Of a DNA stretch of 34,164 nucleotides, positions 1 to 9,536 are shown piece by piece. A program made the translations under genes and the position numbers. Numbering within the stretch: position 1 is the first letter of the stretch; every line of letters begins with the position of its first letter. The DNA lies in the NCBI GenBank assembly GCA_031416495.1, contig JANOTV010000235.1, positions 1 through 34,164 on the forward strand, read 5' to 3'. Source of the stretch: Gemmatimonadota bacterium. GTDB taxonomy: Bacteria > Gemmatimonadota > Gemmatimonadetes > Gemmatimonadales > Gemmatimonadaceae. The notes beneath the pieces were generated by a model. That model ran no database searches. It was not told the origin of the DNA and worked only from the letters and a program-made list of their open reading frames with translations.

Positions 1-111
1 CGACGACATAAGCACGACGCTGATGCCGCCGGACCTCTCCGAGAACGACTCCCGCTCGCCGCGCTGTGCGGCGAGCACGAGGTCGCGCTCGTCCGACGGA
101 CGATCAGTCAT
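1..111 (-). CDS. ECF-type RNA polymerase sigma factor, 5' end (runs off the window; apparent frameshift at 35-36)
   Basis: ATG at 111 with AGGA upstream reads MTDRPSDERDLVLAAQRGERESFSE. After a 1-nt shift it continues VRRHQRRAYVV, a typical ECF sigma N-terminal/region 2 pattern. Not in the ORF track. Confidence 0.7.
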   Translation of the reverse strand, partial: MTDRPSDERDLVLAAQRGERESFSERSGGISVVLMSS

Positions 112-239
112 CGTTCGTCCTGGGACATTCACCCACGGCAGGGCGATGGCGGTCACCGCAAACTCTCAATGGTCACTGCCTCCTGTTACGCGGGGTAGCC
201 ATCTGGCGTTGGGCGCTGCGAGGTGCCACGGTGAGCCGT

Positions 240-842
240 TCAGGACGCACCGACACCGGCCAGCCCGAGGAGGGACGCGCGACCGCGCATCGCGTCAATG
301 ACGAACGCGATGTGGGTGTCGAGTTCGACGCCGAGCGCGGCCGCTCCGTTAATGACGTCGTCGCGCGACACCCCTCGCGCGAACGCCTTGTCCTTCATCT
401 TCTTCCTGACGGACGAGGCCTCGAGATCGAGCACGCTGCGGCTCGGACGCACCAGTGCCGCGGCGGTGATGAGGCCGCAGATCTCATCCACGGCGAAGAG
501 GGACTTCGCCATGAGCGTCGCGCGCGCCACGCCCGTGAAATCGGCGTGGCCGAGGATCGCCTGCAGGAGGTCCTCGGGATAGCCGAGCGTGCGCAGGTGG
601 CGCACCCCTTCGCTGGGGTGCTCGGTATCCGCCGCCTGGGCGGCGTTGGGAAAGCGCTCGTAGTCGAAATCGTGAAGCAGGCCGGCGATGCCCCATCGCT
701 CCTCGTCCTCGCCGAAGTGGCGCGCGTAGGCGCGCATCGCGCCTTCCACGGACAACATGTGCTTGCGCAGGGAGTCGCTGGCGGTCCAGGACTCCATCAG
801 GGCAAGCGCGTCATCTCGTGAGGGCAGGCGTTCGTCGATCAT
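240..842 (-). CDS. HD-domain (HDIG-type) metal-dependent phosphohydrolase
   Basis: Motifs LRKHML, GLLHDFDYE, HPSEG, AILGHAD and FAVDE. Start moved to ATG 842 (MIDERLPSRDDALAL). Confidence 0.88.
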   Translation of the reverse strand: MIDERLPSRDDALALMESWTASDSLRKHMLSVEGAMRAYARHFGEDEERWGIAGLLHDFDYERFPNAAQAADTEHPSEGVRHLRTLGYPEDLLQAILGHADFTGVARATLMAKSLFAVDEICGLITAAALVRPSRSVLDLEASSVRKKMKDKAFARGVSRDDVINGAAALGVELDTHIAFVIDAMRGRASLLGLAGVGAS

Positions 843-1046
843 CGGTCTCGAAGGCAGGAAGTAAATGACGGGCCGACCGCCCTTTCGCGATCGACCCGTA
901 ATTGACACACCGAAAGATAACTGTGGCTACCTGTGCGGTTCAGGGCCTTCGGCCGCCCCCGCCAGGCCGTGGGCCCACGAGCTTGCGAAAGTCCTCTTCC
1001 TGGTCGGCGGTTCCCTCACAGGCGATAGGGAGTCGGGATAACAGTG

Positions 1047-1077
1047 TTTCCACACACCGATCTTTCCACACACCGAT
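1047..1077. promoter_or_regulatory. Tandem 15-bp direct repeat TTTCCACACACCGAT upstream of ccoNO, candidate regulator site
   Basis: Identical copies at 1047-1061 and 1063-1077, with the core ACACACCGA also at 905-913. The repeat is seen directly; the regulatory role is inferred. Confidence 0.45.
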
Positions 1078-1168
1078 TGCAGTCCATTGGCCCGGATGGC
1101 ATTATCACCGTGCATCTCAGAGGGCACTCCCGGCCCCTGAGCCGTTTCCCTTGCCCCGAGACATGGGT

Positions 1169-3403
1169 ATGAGCGCAGCCAGCACGCACGTCGACACGTT
1201 TTCCTATGATGATGCGATCGTACGCAAGTTCCTCTGGGCCACCTTCATCTGGGGCCTCGTGGGCATGCTGGTCGGGCTGGTCATCTCGCTGCAGCTGGCA
1301 GACCCGATCTTCAACTTCAACACGTCGTGGCTCTCGTTCGGCCGGCTGCGACCACTGCATACCAATGCGGTGATCTTCGCGTTCGCAGGCAACGCGATAT
1401 TCACGGGCATCTACTACTCGACGCAGCGGCTGCTCAAGACGCGGATGTTCTCCGACCGCCTGAGCAGCTTCCACTTCTGGGGATGGCAGGCGATCATCGT
1501 CGCCGCCGCGATCACGTTGCCCCTCGGCTTCACGCAAGCCAAGGAATACGCCGAGCTCGAGTGGCCGATCGACATCGCCATCGCCGTCGTGTGGGTGGCG
1601 TTCGCGATCAACTTCTTCGGCACGATCATCAAGCGGCGCGAGCCGCACATCTACGTCGCCATCTGGTTCTACATCGCGTCGATCGTCACGGTCGCCGTGC
1701 TGCACATCTTCAACAACCTCAGTGTCCCCGCGGGGATCCTGAAGAGCTACCCGATCTACGCCGGCGTACAGGACGCCTTCATGCAGTGGTGGTACGGGCA
1801 CAACGCCGTCGCGTTCTTCCTGACGACGCCGTTCCTGGGCCTCATGTACTACTTCCTGCCGAAGGCGGCCGAGCGGCCGGTGTTCTCGTACAAGCTCTCG
1901 ATCCTCCATTTCTGGACGATCGTCTTCCTCTACATCTGGGCCGGACCGCACCACCTGCATTACACGGCGCTGCCGGAATGGGCGTCGACGCTCGGCATGC
2001 TCTTCTCCATCATGCTGTGGATGCCGTCATGGGGCGGCATGATCAACGGCCTGCTCACGCTGCGTGGCGCCTGGCACAAGGTGGTCGAAGAGCCGGTGCT
2101 GAAGTTCTTCGTCGTCGCCGTGACGGCCTACGGCATGAGCACCTTCGAAGGCCCGATGCTCTCGGTCAAGAGCGTGAACTCGCTCGCGCACTACACGGAC
2201 TGGATCATCGCGCACGTGCACACCGGCGCGCTCGGCTGGAACGGGTTCCTCACGTTCGGCATGATCTACTGGCTGGCGCCGCGGCTCTTCCAGACGCCGC
2301 TCTACTCGAAGAAACTCGCCGAGCTGCACTTCTGGGTCGCGAGCTTCGGCATCCTGCTGTACGTGGCGGCGATCTACTCGGCCGGCATCACGCAGGGTCT
2401 CATGTGGCGCGCATTCGATGAGACGGGGCGGCTCGCGTATCCCGATTTCGTCGAGACGGTGATGCAGCTGATGCCGATGTACTGGGTGCGCGTCGCGGGT
2501 GGCACGCTCTACCTCATCGGCATGTTCATCTTCGGCTGGAACATCCTGAAGACGTGGAGGGCGCGCCCGAAGAAGTACGAAGTGCCGGTGATCTCCGCGC
2601 CGCCGATGCCGAAGCAGTACATCGAGGCGCATCCGCTGCCGGTGCCGGTCGGTCTCTGGGCGCGCTTCAGCGCGGCGCGGTGGCACCGCCGCTGGGAGCG
2701 GATGCCGATGTTCTTCACGGCGCTGGTCGTGATCGTGGTGGTGGTGGCATCGCTCGCCGAGATCATCCCGACATTCCTCATCCGTTCGAACGTGCCGACG
2801 ATCGCGAGCGTGAAGCCGTATTCGCCGCTGGAGCTCGCGGGGCGCGACCTGTACATCCGCGAGGGATGCTTCAACTGCCACTCGCAGATGATCCGTCCGT
2901 TGCGGCATGAGACGGAGCGCTTCGGCGAGTACTCCAAGCCGGGCGAGTTCGTCTACGATCATCCGTTCCTCTGGGGATCGCGTCGCATCGGGCCCGACCT
3001 CGCGCGCATTGGCGGCAAGTATCCGGACCTCTGGCACGTGCTTCACTTGAACGAGCCGGGTGCCGTGGTGCAGAACTCCATCATGCCGCGCTACTCGCAC
3101 CTGCAGGCGACAGCGCTCGACTTCGATGGCATCCAGGCGAAGATCGACGCGATGGCGATGCTCGGCGTGCCGTACGGCGAGGCGCTCACGAGCGCGAGCG
3201 CGATGGCGCGCGCGCAGGCGAGCACGATGGCCGAGGGGATCCGCGCGGGTGGCGGCCCCGAGGGACTGGGCGACCGCGAGGTGATCGCACTGGTCGCGTA
3301 CATGCAGCGACTGGGCAGGGATATCCGCACGCCGGCCGCGCCGGTTGCGGCGCCGGCCGCGATCCCGGCCGCGATCCCGGCCCCGCCGCCGGTACAGCCG
3401 TGA
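1169..3403 (+). CDS. ccoN: cbb3-type cytochrome c oxidase, fused subunit I/II (CcoN-CcoO)
   Basis: CcoN motifs RLRPLHTN, WYGHNAV, GPHHLHY and AHVH are followed in the same frame by CcoO motifs REGCFNCHSQMIRP and GPDLAR. Start ATG 1169 (or 1163). Confidence 0.97.
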   Translation: MSAASTHVDTFSYDDAIVRKFLWATFIWGLVGMLVGLVISLQLADPIFNFNTSWLSFGRLRPLHTNAVIFAFAGNAIFTGIYYSTQRLLKTRMFSDRLSSFHFWGWQAIIVAAAITLPLGFTQAKEYAELEWPIDIAIAVVWVAFAINFFGTIIKRREPHIYVAIWFYIASIVTVAVLHIFNNLSVPAGILKSYPIYAGVQDAFMQWWYGHNAVAFFLTTPFLGLMYYFLPKAAERPVFSYKLSILHFWTIVFLYIWAGPHHLHYTALPEWASTLGMLFSIMLWMPSWGGMINGLLTLRGAWHKVVEEPVLKFFVVAVTAYGMSTFEGPMLSVKSVNSLAHYTDWIIAHVHTGALGWNGFLTFGMIYWLAPRLFQTPLYSKKLAELHFWVASFGILLYVAAIYSAGITQGLMWRAFDETGRLAYPDFVETVMQLMPMYWVRVAGGTLYLIGMFIFGWNILKTWRARPKKYEVPVISAPPMPKQYIEAHPLPVPVGLWARFSAARWHRRWERMPMFFTALVVIVVVVASLAEIIPTFLIRSNVPTIASVKPYSPLELAGRDLYIREGCFNCHSQMIRPLRHETERFGEYSKPGEFVYDHPFLWGSRRIGPDLARIGGKYPDLWHVLHLNEPGAVVQNSIMPRYSHLQATALDFDGIQAKIDAMAMLGVPYGEALTSASAMARAQASTMAEGIRAGGGPEGLGDREVIALVAYMQRLGRDIRTPAAPVAAPAAIPAAIPAPPPVQP

Positions 3404-3597
3404 AACTCTCCGATGTGATGAGCGCATCGGGACTCTCGATGTATGCGATCGTCGCGCTGGTGCTGTTCGTCATCGCGTTCGTCGGCGTGCTCATCATGAC
3501 CTTCAGGCCCGGAGCGGCGGAGCGTCACCGGCGCGATGCGCAGATTCCGCTCGACGACGATGATCCCACGAAGCCCGCGGGGCGGGCGGAGGAATAG
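3400..3597 (+). CDS. ccoQ: cbb3 oxidase subunit IV (CcoQ/FixQ)
   Basis: 65 aa with one TM helix followed by AQIPLDDD; lies between ccoO and ccoP with a 4-nt overlap. Confidence 0.85.
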   Translation: MKLSDVMSASGLSMYAIVALVLFVIAFVGVLIMTFRPGAAERHRRDAQIPLDDDDPTKPAGRAEE

Positions 3598-3598
3598 G

Positions 3599-4192
3599 AT
3601 GGCGAACGAACAGGAGAACGAGGACCGGCTGCTCGACCACGAGTACGATGGCATCCGCGAGTACGACAATCCGATGCCGCGCTGGTGGCTCTGGACGTTC
3701 TACGCGACCATCGCGTACGTGCCGATCTACTACTTCGCGCCCCTGCCGTTCGGCGAGGGGCCGGGTGTGGTGGCCGAGTACGAGATGGATATCGCACGTC
3801 ACCTGGCATCGCGGCCGCCGGAGGCAGCACCGGTGACCGACGAAGCGTTCGTGGCGTTCGCACAGGATCCCGCGATGCTCGCGGAGGGGCAGCAGATCTA
3901 TGTGGTGAACTGCTCCGCATGTCATCGACTCGATGCCGGCGGTCTGATCGGGCCGAACCTCACGGACGACGCCTGGATCCATGGCGGCGCGCCGAAAGCG
4001 ATCCACCATTCCATCGCCGAAGGAGTGATCGCGAAAGGAATGCCCGGATGGGGACGCATCCTCAAGCCGGCGCAGGTGGATGCGGTGACGGCATACGTGA
4101 TCTCGCTCAAGGGCAGCAACCCGCCGTCGCCGAAGGCGCCGGAGGGGAAGGCCGAGTCGGCGGTCGTGGTGGGCGCGACGCGCGGCAGCTGA
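3599..4192 (+). CDS. ccoP: cbb3 oxidase subunit III (CcoP), monoheme
   Basis: N-terminal motif DHEYDGIREYDNPMPRWW, a single CSACH heme motif, GPNLTD and distal GMP. Confidence 0.93.
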   Translation: MANEQENEDRLLDHEYDGIREYDNPMPRWWLWTFYATIAYVPIYYFAPLPFGEGPGVVAEYEMDIARHLASRPPEAAPVTDEAFVAFAQDPAMLAEGQQIYVVNCSACHRLDAGGLIGPNLTDDAWIHGGAPKAIHHSIAEGVIAKGMPGWGRILKPAQVDAVTAYVISLKGSNPPSPKAPEGKAESAVVVGATRGS

Positions 4193-4205
4193 GGCAGCTG
4201 GCACC

Positions 4206-5636
4206 GTGACTGCGCCCACGGCGGTATCCGGCCGCGTCCTCGCGACGCTCAACCAGGACGGATCGCGACGCTGGATACGGCCGAAGCCCTCATCGGGGCC
4301 CTGGCTCATCCGGCGCCGCGCCGTCGCGTACGGATTGATCGTCGCGTTCCTCGCGTTCCCGCACCTGACCTGGAACGGCAAGCCGTGGATGCTGCTCGAT
4401 CTCCCGCAGCGCCAGTTCACGTTCTTCGGAACGACGTTCCTTCCGACCGATACGCTGCTGCTGATGTTGCTCTTCGTCAGCGTGCTCATCGGCATCTTCC
4501 TGCTCACGGCGCTCTTCGGGCGCGTGTGGTGCGGGTGGGCGTGTCCGCAGACGGTGTGGATGGAGTTCATCTTCCGCCCGCTCGAGCGCCTCATCGAAGG
4601 TGGATGGAACGCCTCGCGTGTGCTCGACCGCGACAAGCGGTGGTTCGCGCCACGGCGCATCTTCAAGTACGCGGTGTACCTCGTGATCGCGGCGGTGCTC
4701 GGCAACACCTTCCTCGCCTACTTCGTCAGCCCCGATCTGCTCGTGCGATGGATGTCGGGTTCGCCGGGCGAGCATCCGGTGGCCTTCCTCGTGATGGCGG
4801 GGACGACGGCGCTCGTGTTCCTCGACTTCACCTGGTTCCGCGAGCAGACGTGCCTCGTGGCGTGCCCGTACGGGCGATGGCAGTCGGCGCTGCTCGACAA
4901 ACAGTCGCTGATCATCGCCTATGACGAGAAGCGCGGCGAGCCGCGCGGGAAGGGCGCGGGCGCGCGCACGGAGCTCGGCGATTGCATCGACTGCGGCGCC
5001 TGCGTGCTGACCTGCCCGACGGGCATCGACATCCGCGACGGACTGCAGATGGAGTGCGTGCACTGCACGCAGTGCGCCGACGCGTGCGACGACATCATGG
5101 TGAAGGTCGGGAAGCCGAAGGGCCTGATCAGGTACACGTCGCAGGACGCGCTCGAGGGAAAGGCGCCGCACATCCTGCGCGTGCGCACGGTGCTCTACCC
5201 GCTCGCGTTCACCCTCTTCTTCGGCGCGTTCGTGCTCGCACTCGCCACCCGCTCGACGGCCGACGTCACACTGCTCGGTGCCGTGGGCGCGCCGTTCACG
5301 CGCGAAGCCGATGGCCGCGTGGTGAACCAGGTGCGGCTCAGGATCACCAACCGCACTGGTGCGCCGCAGCGGTACACCATCGCGTTCCTCGACAAACCGG
5401 GCGCGCTGTTGATCGCGCCGGAGAATCCCGTGCGCGTGCAGCCCGGCGCGACGGTGACGACGTCGGTGTTCGTGATGCAGCCGACGGAGCGTTTCAGCGG
5501 CGGAGAACGCGCGGTACGATTCCGGCTCTCCGATGGCGCCGGGTTCATCGAGGAATTCCCGTGGCGCCTGCTCGGACCGTCGGTCGACGAGCCGGCAGTG
5601 CGCGAACCAGACCAGACGGAGCAGGGAGACAACTGA
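4206..5636 (+). CDS. ccoG: Cytochrome c oxidase accessory Fe-S membrane protein CcoG/FixG
   Basis: GRVWCGWACPQT, CLVACPYGR, CIDCGACVLTCPTGID and ECVHCTQCADAC motifs. Confidence 0.95.
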   Translation: MTAPTAVSGRVLATLNQDGSRRWIRPKPSSGPWLIRRRAVAYGLIVAFLAFPHLTWNGKPWMLLDLPQRQFTFFGTTFLPTDTLLLMLLFVSVLIGIFLLTALFGRVWCGWACPQTVWMEFIFRPLERLIEGGWNASRVLDRDKRWFAPRRIFKYAVYLVIAAVLGNTFLAYFVSPDLLVRWMSGSPGEHPVAFLVMAGTTALVFLDFTWFREQTCLVACPYGRWQSALLDKQSLIIAYDEKRGEPRGKGAGARTELGDCIDCGACVLTCPTGIDIRDGLQMECVHCTQCADACDDIMVKVGKPKGLIRYTSQDALEGKAPHILRVRTVLYPLAFTLFFGAFVLALATRSTADVTLLGAVGAPFTREADGRVVNQVRLRITNRTGAPQRYTIAFLDKPGALLIAPENPVRVQPGATVTTSVFVMQPTERFSGGERAVRFRLSDGAGFIEEFPWRLLGPSVDEPAVREPDQTEQGDN

Positions 5637-6133
5637 TGCAGCGCACACGTGGATGGTACTGGCCCTGGCTCGTCACTGCGGCACTGACGTTCACGGTGGG
5701 TGTGAACGTCGTGATGCTGTTTGCGGCGTCGGGCGACGGCGGCAATGGCTACGTCGTGGAGCCGGACTACTACCGCAAGGCCGTGGACTGGGACGTCACG
5801 ATGGCGCGGCAGGCATCGAGCGATGCGCTCGGATGGCGCGCGACGGCGACGATCGCGCGATCGAGCGCGGACTCGGCCGGACTTGTCGTGAGCGTGACAG
5901 ACCGCGACGGCATGCCACTCGCCGGCGCGCGATTCACCGCGGTGTTGCTGCACAATCGCGACGCAGCGCATCTGGTGCGCTCCACGCTCACCGAGACGTC
6001 GGCGGGGCGTTATGAGGCGACAATGCCGCTCGTTCACGACGGTCGCTGGGAAGTGCGGCTCGAGGCGCGTCGCGCTGCCGACCGGTTCATGAGCATACAG
6101 CACGCCGAGTCGTCGGCGCTGATACCACGTTGA
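5636..6133 (+). CDS. ccoH: FixH/CcoH family protein
   Basis: ATG overlaps the ccoG stop; N-terminal TM helix, VEPDYYRKAVDW motif, C-terminal GRWEVRLEA. Confidence 0.85.
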   Translation: MQRTRGWYWPWLVTAALTFTVGVNVVMLFAASGDGGNGYVVEPDYYRKAVDWDVTMARQASSDALGWRATATIARSSADSAGLVVSVTDRDGMPLAGARFTAVLLHNRDAAHLVRSTLTETSAGRYEATMPLVHDGRWEVRLEARRAADRFMSIQHAESSALIPR

Positions 6134-6140
6134 GGGAGCA

Positions 6141-6881
6141 GTGACGGCGCTCGTTGCTTCCGTGTTCGTGGCGGCACTGCTCGGCAGCGTGCACTGCGCC
6201 GCGATGTGCGGGAGTTTCGCCTGCCTCGCGTCGGGTGGCACCGCGACGGCTGGCGCCGCACGCAGCGGCGCGGCGTACAACGGCGGGCGACTCGTCGCGT
6301 ATGCGATGCTTGGCTTGCTCGCGGGCGCCGCGGGCGCGGGACTCGATCGTGCGGGTGCGGTGGCAGGCATCGCGCGGCCTGCGGCGATGGTGGCGGGCAC
6401 GCTGCTCATCCTGTGGGGCCTGGCAACGCTGCTCTCGACGTTCGGCGTGCGGCTCCCGGCGCTCGCGGTGCCGCCGGTGCTCGCGAGCGTGATCGCGCGC
6501 GGAGTGCGCGCGGTGCAGCATCTCCCGCCCACGGTGCGCGCGCTCACGCTCGGACTGCTCACGGCGGCGCTGCCCTGTGGCTGGCTCTATGCGTTCGTCG
6601 CCACATCCGCCGCTGCGGGAAGCGCGCCGGCGGGCGCTCTCGTGATGGCGGCGTTCTGGGCGGGCACGCTGCCGATGATGACGGCGGTCGGACTCGGCGC
6701 GCAGCGGGTGCTCGGTCCGTTCCGTCGTCGGCTACCGGCGTTGAGCGCGGCGGTGATGGTGATACTCGGCGGACTCACGGTCGCGGGCCGCTTCGTGGCA
6801 CCGGCTCAGCATCATGCGATGGGTGCGCCGGCAGCACTCGGCGCGACGGAGGGCGGCGATGGCCACGGCGATCATCGCTGA
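6141..6881 (+). CDS. DsbD_2 / TauE-SafE-like membrane protein of cbb3 biogenesis
   Basis: SVHCAAMCG, YNGGRL.AY and ALPCGWLY motifs; multi-TM; standard position in ccoGHIS clusters. Confidence 0.85.
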   Translation: MTALVASVFVAALLGSVHCAAMCGSFACLASGGTATAGAARSGAAYNGGRLVAYAMLGLLAGAAGAGLDRAGAVAGIARPAAMVAGTLLILWGLATLLSTFGVRLPALAVPPVLASVIARGVRAVQHLPPTVRALTLGLLTAALPCGWLYAFVATSAAAGSAPAGALVMAAFWAGTLPMMTAVGLGAQRVLGPFRRRLPALSAAVMVILGGLTVAGRFVAPAQHHAMGAPAALGATEGGDGHGDHR

Positions 6882-9342
6882 CGCGGCCGTGCGCGGTCCT
6901 GCGGGCGACGCTGCGGTCGCCGCAGAGGTCGCGCTCTGCGCGCACTGCGGCCTCGAGGCCTTGGAAGGCGAACTCCGCTTTTTCGACGGCGCTGCGTACT
7001 GCTGCGCTGGCTGCGAGACGGCCGCTGCGATCATCCGCCAGAGCGGGCTCACCGGCTTCTATGCGCTGCCCGACCGGCGCACGGTGCGCGTGCAGGCCAG
7101 CGACCGGAGCTTCGCCGAGTTCGATCATGAAGCGTTCCAGGCGGCGCATGTGACTCGCAGCGTTGGAGGTCTCGCCGAGGTTTCACTGTATCTCGAAGGC
7201 GTACACTGCGCGTCGTGCGTCTGGCTGGTGGAGCGCGTTCCGCTCGTGGTGCAGGGCACGGTGCGCGCCGAGCTCGACGTGACGCGCGCCCTTGCGCGCA
7301 TCGCCTGGGATCCCGCGCGCACCACGCTCAGCGCCATCGCGCGGGGCCTGGACCAGCTCGGCTACAGGCCGCACCCGTTCCGCGGCCGCCGTGCGGACGA
7401 GGCGCGCCGCGCCGAAGAACGCGCAATGCTCACGCGGATCGGCGTCTCCGGTGCGATCGCCGCGAACGTGATGACGATCGCGCTCGCGCTGTACAGCGGG
7501 TTCTTCACCGGGATGGACGCGGAGTTCGAGCGCTATTTCCGCTGGCTGAGCTTCGTGCTGGTGACGCCGGCGCTGCTCTGGCCGGGTCGCGTGTTCTTCA
7601 CGAGTGCATGGTCGGCGCTGCGCGCCGGCGGCCTCCATATGGACGTGCCCATCGCGCTCGCGCTGGCGGCGGGATACATACAGGGCGCGCTCAACACCGT
7701 GCGCGACGCCGGGCCGATCTACTTCGACGCCGTCGCAACCCTGATCTTCCTGCTGCTCGTCGGCCGCTACCTGCAGCATCGCGCGCAGCGATCCGCGTCC
7801 GATGCCTCCGCATTGCTTGGCGCGCTCTCGCCGGCGACCGCGCGCGCCGTGGAGGGCGAGGTTGTGCGCGAGATACCGACCGAAGCGGTGATGCCCGCGA
7901 TGCTGCTCGAGGTGCGCGCAGGCGACACGCTGGCCGCCGATGGCGTCGTGGAGCGCGGAGATTCTTCGCTCGACCTCGCGCTGCTGACGGGCGAGTCGCG
8001 GCCGGAGTCGGTGAGTGCAGGCTCGCGAGTGTTCGCAGGCACGGTGAACCTCACGGCCACGCTCCTCGTGCGAGTGACCGAGGCCGGTGCCACGAGTCGG
8101 CTGGGCAAGCTGCTCTCGGATGTCGAGCAGGGCGCGCGCGAGCGCGCCCCGGTGGTGCTCTTCGCCGATCGCATCGCGGGAATGTTCATCGCCGTGGTGC
8201 TCGTGCTGGCGGTGGTCACGGCGGGTCTGTGGTGGAGCAGGGACTCATACGCTGCGATCGATCACGCCATCGCGCTGCTGGTGGTGACCTGCCCCTGCGC
8301 ACTCGCGATGGCGACGCCGCTCTCGATCACCGTCGCGATCGGTCGCGCGGCGCGGCGCGGGATACTCATCAAGGGCGGCCATGCGCTCGAGGCGCTTACG
8401 GTGCCGGGCACGCTCTTCCTCGACAAGACGGGCACGCTGACTGAAGGCCGGCTGGCCCTCGAAGCGTGGGAGGGCCCCGACGAGGTGCGTGCGCTGGTGC
8501 TCGCGCTGGAACGCGGCTCGCGTCATCCCATCGCCACGGCGCTCGCGGCCGCATGGCCAGACGTGACGCGACATGAGGCGGCAGAGCTCCGCGAGACGCT
8601 TGGCTGCGGCCTCGAGGGTGTCGTGCAGGGCCGCGCGGTGATGATCGGCAAACCCGAGTGGGTGCGTGAACGCATTCGCAGCCTGCGCGCATCGGAGGCC
8701 GTGGGGGCGCACGCATGGCCCGCCGATGCAGCGTTCGATCCCTCGTTCACGCCGGTGCTGATCGCGGTGGATGGAAGGATCGTCGCGCATGCCGCCTTCG
8801 GTGATCGCATCCGGCCCGAGGCACGGAGCGCGGTCGCGGCGCTGAGCGCTCGCGGCTGGCGCGTCCGCCTGTTGAGCGGCGATGCGCCGAATGTGGTGAC
8901 GCGCGTCGCTGAGGAACTGGGGCTCGACGCCGCAGCCTGCGAGGGTGGCGCGACGCCCGAGCGGAAACGCGATGTGATCCGCACGACCGAGGGTCCCGTG
9001 GTGATGGTCGGCGATGGCGTGAACGATGCCGCCGCGATCTCGCTGGCGACAGTCGGCATCGCGGTGCGCGGCGGCGCCGAGGCATCAATGGCGGCCGCCG
9101 ACGTGTATCTCGCGCGCGGAGGCATCGGCGCGCTGCCCGAGCTGCTCGACGGTGCGCGTCGCACCACCGGAATCATTCGCCGCAACATGCTGATCGCACT
9201 CGGCTACAACGTTGTGGGCGTTGCGCTCGCGATGATGGGAGCCATCGACCCGCTCTTCGCGGCGATCCTCATGCCGGTGAGTTCGCTCACCGTCGTGCTC
9301 GGCGCCTGGCAGGGTCGGACCTTCCCGGGACCGACGGCATGA
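6859..9342 (+). CDS. ccoI: Copper-translocating P1B-type ATPase CcoI/FixI
   Basis: N-terminal CAHCG and CCAGC, HCASC metal-binding domain, TGES, CPC, DKTGT, HP, GDGVND, YN and MxxSS motifs. Confidence 0.94.
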   Translation: MATAIIADAAVRGPAGDAAVAAEVALCAHCGLEALEGELRFFDGAAYCCAGCETAAAIIRQSGLTGFYALPDRRTVRVQASDRSFAEFDHEAFQAAHVTRSVGGLAEVSLYLEGVHCASCVWLVERVPLVVQGTVRAELDVTRALARIAWDPARTTLSAIARGLDQLGYRPHPFRGRRADEARRAEERAMLTRIGVSGAIAANVMTIALALYSGFFTGMDAEFERYFRWLSFVLVTPALLWPGRVFFTSAWSALRAGGLHMDVPIALALAAGYIQGALNTVRDAGPIYFDAVATLIFLLLVGRYLQHRAQRSASDASALLGALSPATARAVEGEVVREIPTEAVMPAMLLEVRAGDTLAADGVVERGDSSLDLALLTGESRPESVSAGSRVFAGTVNLTATLLVRVTEAGATSRLGKLLSDVEQGARERAPVVLFADRIAGMFIAVVLVLAVVTAGLWWSRDSYAAIDHAIALLVVTCPCALAMATPLSITVAIGRAARRGILIKGGHALEALTVPGTLFLDKTGTLTEGRLALEAWEGPDEVRALVLALERGSRHPIATALAAAWPDVTRHEAAELRETLGCGLEGVVQGRAVMIGKPEWVRERIRSLRASEAVGAHAWPADAAFDPSFTPVLIAVDGRIVAHAAFGDRIRPEARSAVAALSARGWRVRLLSGDAPNVVTRVAEELGLDAAACEGGATPERKRDVIRTTEGPVVMVGDGVNDAAAISLATVGIAVRGGAEASMAAADVYLARGGIGALPELLDGARRTTGIIRRNMLIALGYNVVGVALAMMGAIDPLFAAILMPVSSLTVVLGAWQGRTFPGPTA

Positions 9343-9518
9343 GCGTGCTCTTCGTGCTCGTGCCGGTCGTGCTCGTCCTCGTGGGGATCTTCGTCGCCGC
9401 CTATGTGTGGTCGTCGGGGAGCGGCCAGTTCGACGATCTCACGACGCCGGCGATCCGTATGTTGCATGACGACCCCGGCATCGTGCCGCCTCACCCGGAC
9501 GAGCCGCCTAACCCGTAA
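9339..9518 (+). CDS. ccoS: cbb3 oxidase maturation protein CcoS/FixS
   Basis: Hand translation MSVLFVLVPVVLVLVGIFVAAYVWSSGSGQFDDLTTPAIRMLHDD... (59 aa) has the GQFDD signature and overlaps the ccoI stop. Not in the ORF track. Confidence 0.92.
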   Translation: MSVLFVLVPVVLVLVGIFVAAYVWSSGSGQFDDLTTPAIRMLHDDPGIVPPHPDEPPNP

Positions 9519-9536
9519 CCCGGACGAGCCGCCCAA
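9490..9536. repeat. Array of 18-bp unit CTAACCCGGACGAGCCGC (further copy at 11131-11148)
   Basis: Units at 9490-9507 (CTCACC variant), 9508-9515 (partial) and 9516-9532. The unit resumes immediately after the insertion at 11131. Confidence 0.9.

Noticed and set aside
902-915. FNR box or complete sigma70 promoter at TTGACA
   Set aside because: The right half does not match ATCAA and there is no convincing -10 at 16-18 bp spacing.
1046-1070. DnaA-box-like 9-mers suggesting oriC
   Set aside because: Only two one-mismatch boxes, no AT-rich unwinding element and no dnaA/dnaN context.
902-1168. N-terminal extension of CcoN given in the ORF track, and similar extensions on SNF2, BtuF-like and 28798..29766
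   Set aside because: Non-homologous read-through into intergenic DNA or neighbouring genes; family-like sequence starts at downstream codons.
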